A DNA stretch of 26,221 nucleotides from Candidatus Zixiibacteriota bacterium (GTDB taxonomy: Bacteria > Zixibacteria > MSB-5A5 > GN15 > FEB-12). The stretch lies in NCBI GenBank assembly GCA_041742355.1, contig JBGSIV010000034.1:1-26221 (forward strand), read 5' to 3'. The number at the start of each line of letters is the position of its first letter. Position 1 is the stretch's first letter. The notes beneath the pieces were generated by a model that worked only from the letters and a program-made list of their open reading frames with translations, was not told the origin of the DNA and made no database searches. Position numbers and translations under genes: made by a program. Shown piece after piece: positions 26,090-26,221 of the stretch.

Positions 26090-26221
26090 TGTACGGTGTC
26101 AAGACATAGTATACACTGTGTGTCAGGACATGGTATACATCCTTGGTTGATCAGCCGGGACCAAGAGGGTCACCGACCGGTGGGTCGTCAAGTCGATCTC
26201 ACGGACGTACATGTGCCGGTA
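26090..26221 (-). mobile_element. Probable IS481-family insertion sequence, right end (truncated)
   Basis: Begins TGT. Contains two 20-nt direct repeats GTGTCA(A/G)GACAT(A/G)GTATACA at 26096 and 26120. A minus-strand ORF ends inside the terminal repeat. Confidence 0.6.
26123..26221 (-). CDS. C-terminal fragment of a probable IS481-family transposase
   Basis: Open frame YRHMYVREIDLTTHRSVTLLVPADQPRMYTMS* runs in from the window edge and stops within the IS end. Confidence 0.5.
   Translation of the reverse strand, partial: YRHMYVREIDLTTHRSVTLLVPADQPRMYTMS

Overview
A GC-rich bacterial contig. The protein families suggest candidate phylum Zixibacteria or a related FCB lineage (inference). The left end holds two minus-strand genes for secreted proteins with cohesin-like domains. 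The first is truncated by the window edge and missing from the ORF track; the second also carries a C-terminal dockerin. Upstream of them lies a long regulatory region with a near-consensus sigma70 promoter, a sigma54-like promoter and a 13-bp inverted repeat, one copy of which sits in the promoter spacer. Next come an HDOD-GAF protein, a lipoprotein, an EcoRI-family N6-adenine methyltransferase paired with a DUF262-HNH nuclease, an alpha/beta-hydrolase lacking its catalytic Ser, FprA, a stand-alone LigD phosphoesterase, HflX and a response regulator. A large Cys-rich repeat protein with several dockerin-like modules follows, then Crp/Fnr, HAD, YihY, SAM-methyltransferase, TM2-like, TPR, DUF116 and GNAT genes. 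Near the right end are a cytochrome bd-like CydA(+2 heme c)/CydA' pair behind a Rex-like operator and a lipoprotein with an apparently permuted FlgD/'QNYPNPFN' domain. Several REP-like palindromic repeats are scattered between genes, and the window ends in a probable IS481-family element. The leading candidate for an undescribed system is a non-cellulosomal cohesin-dockerin surface assembly, possibly phase-variable.
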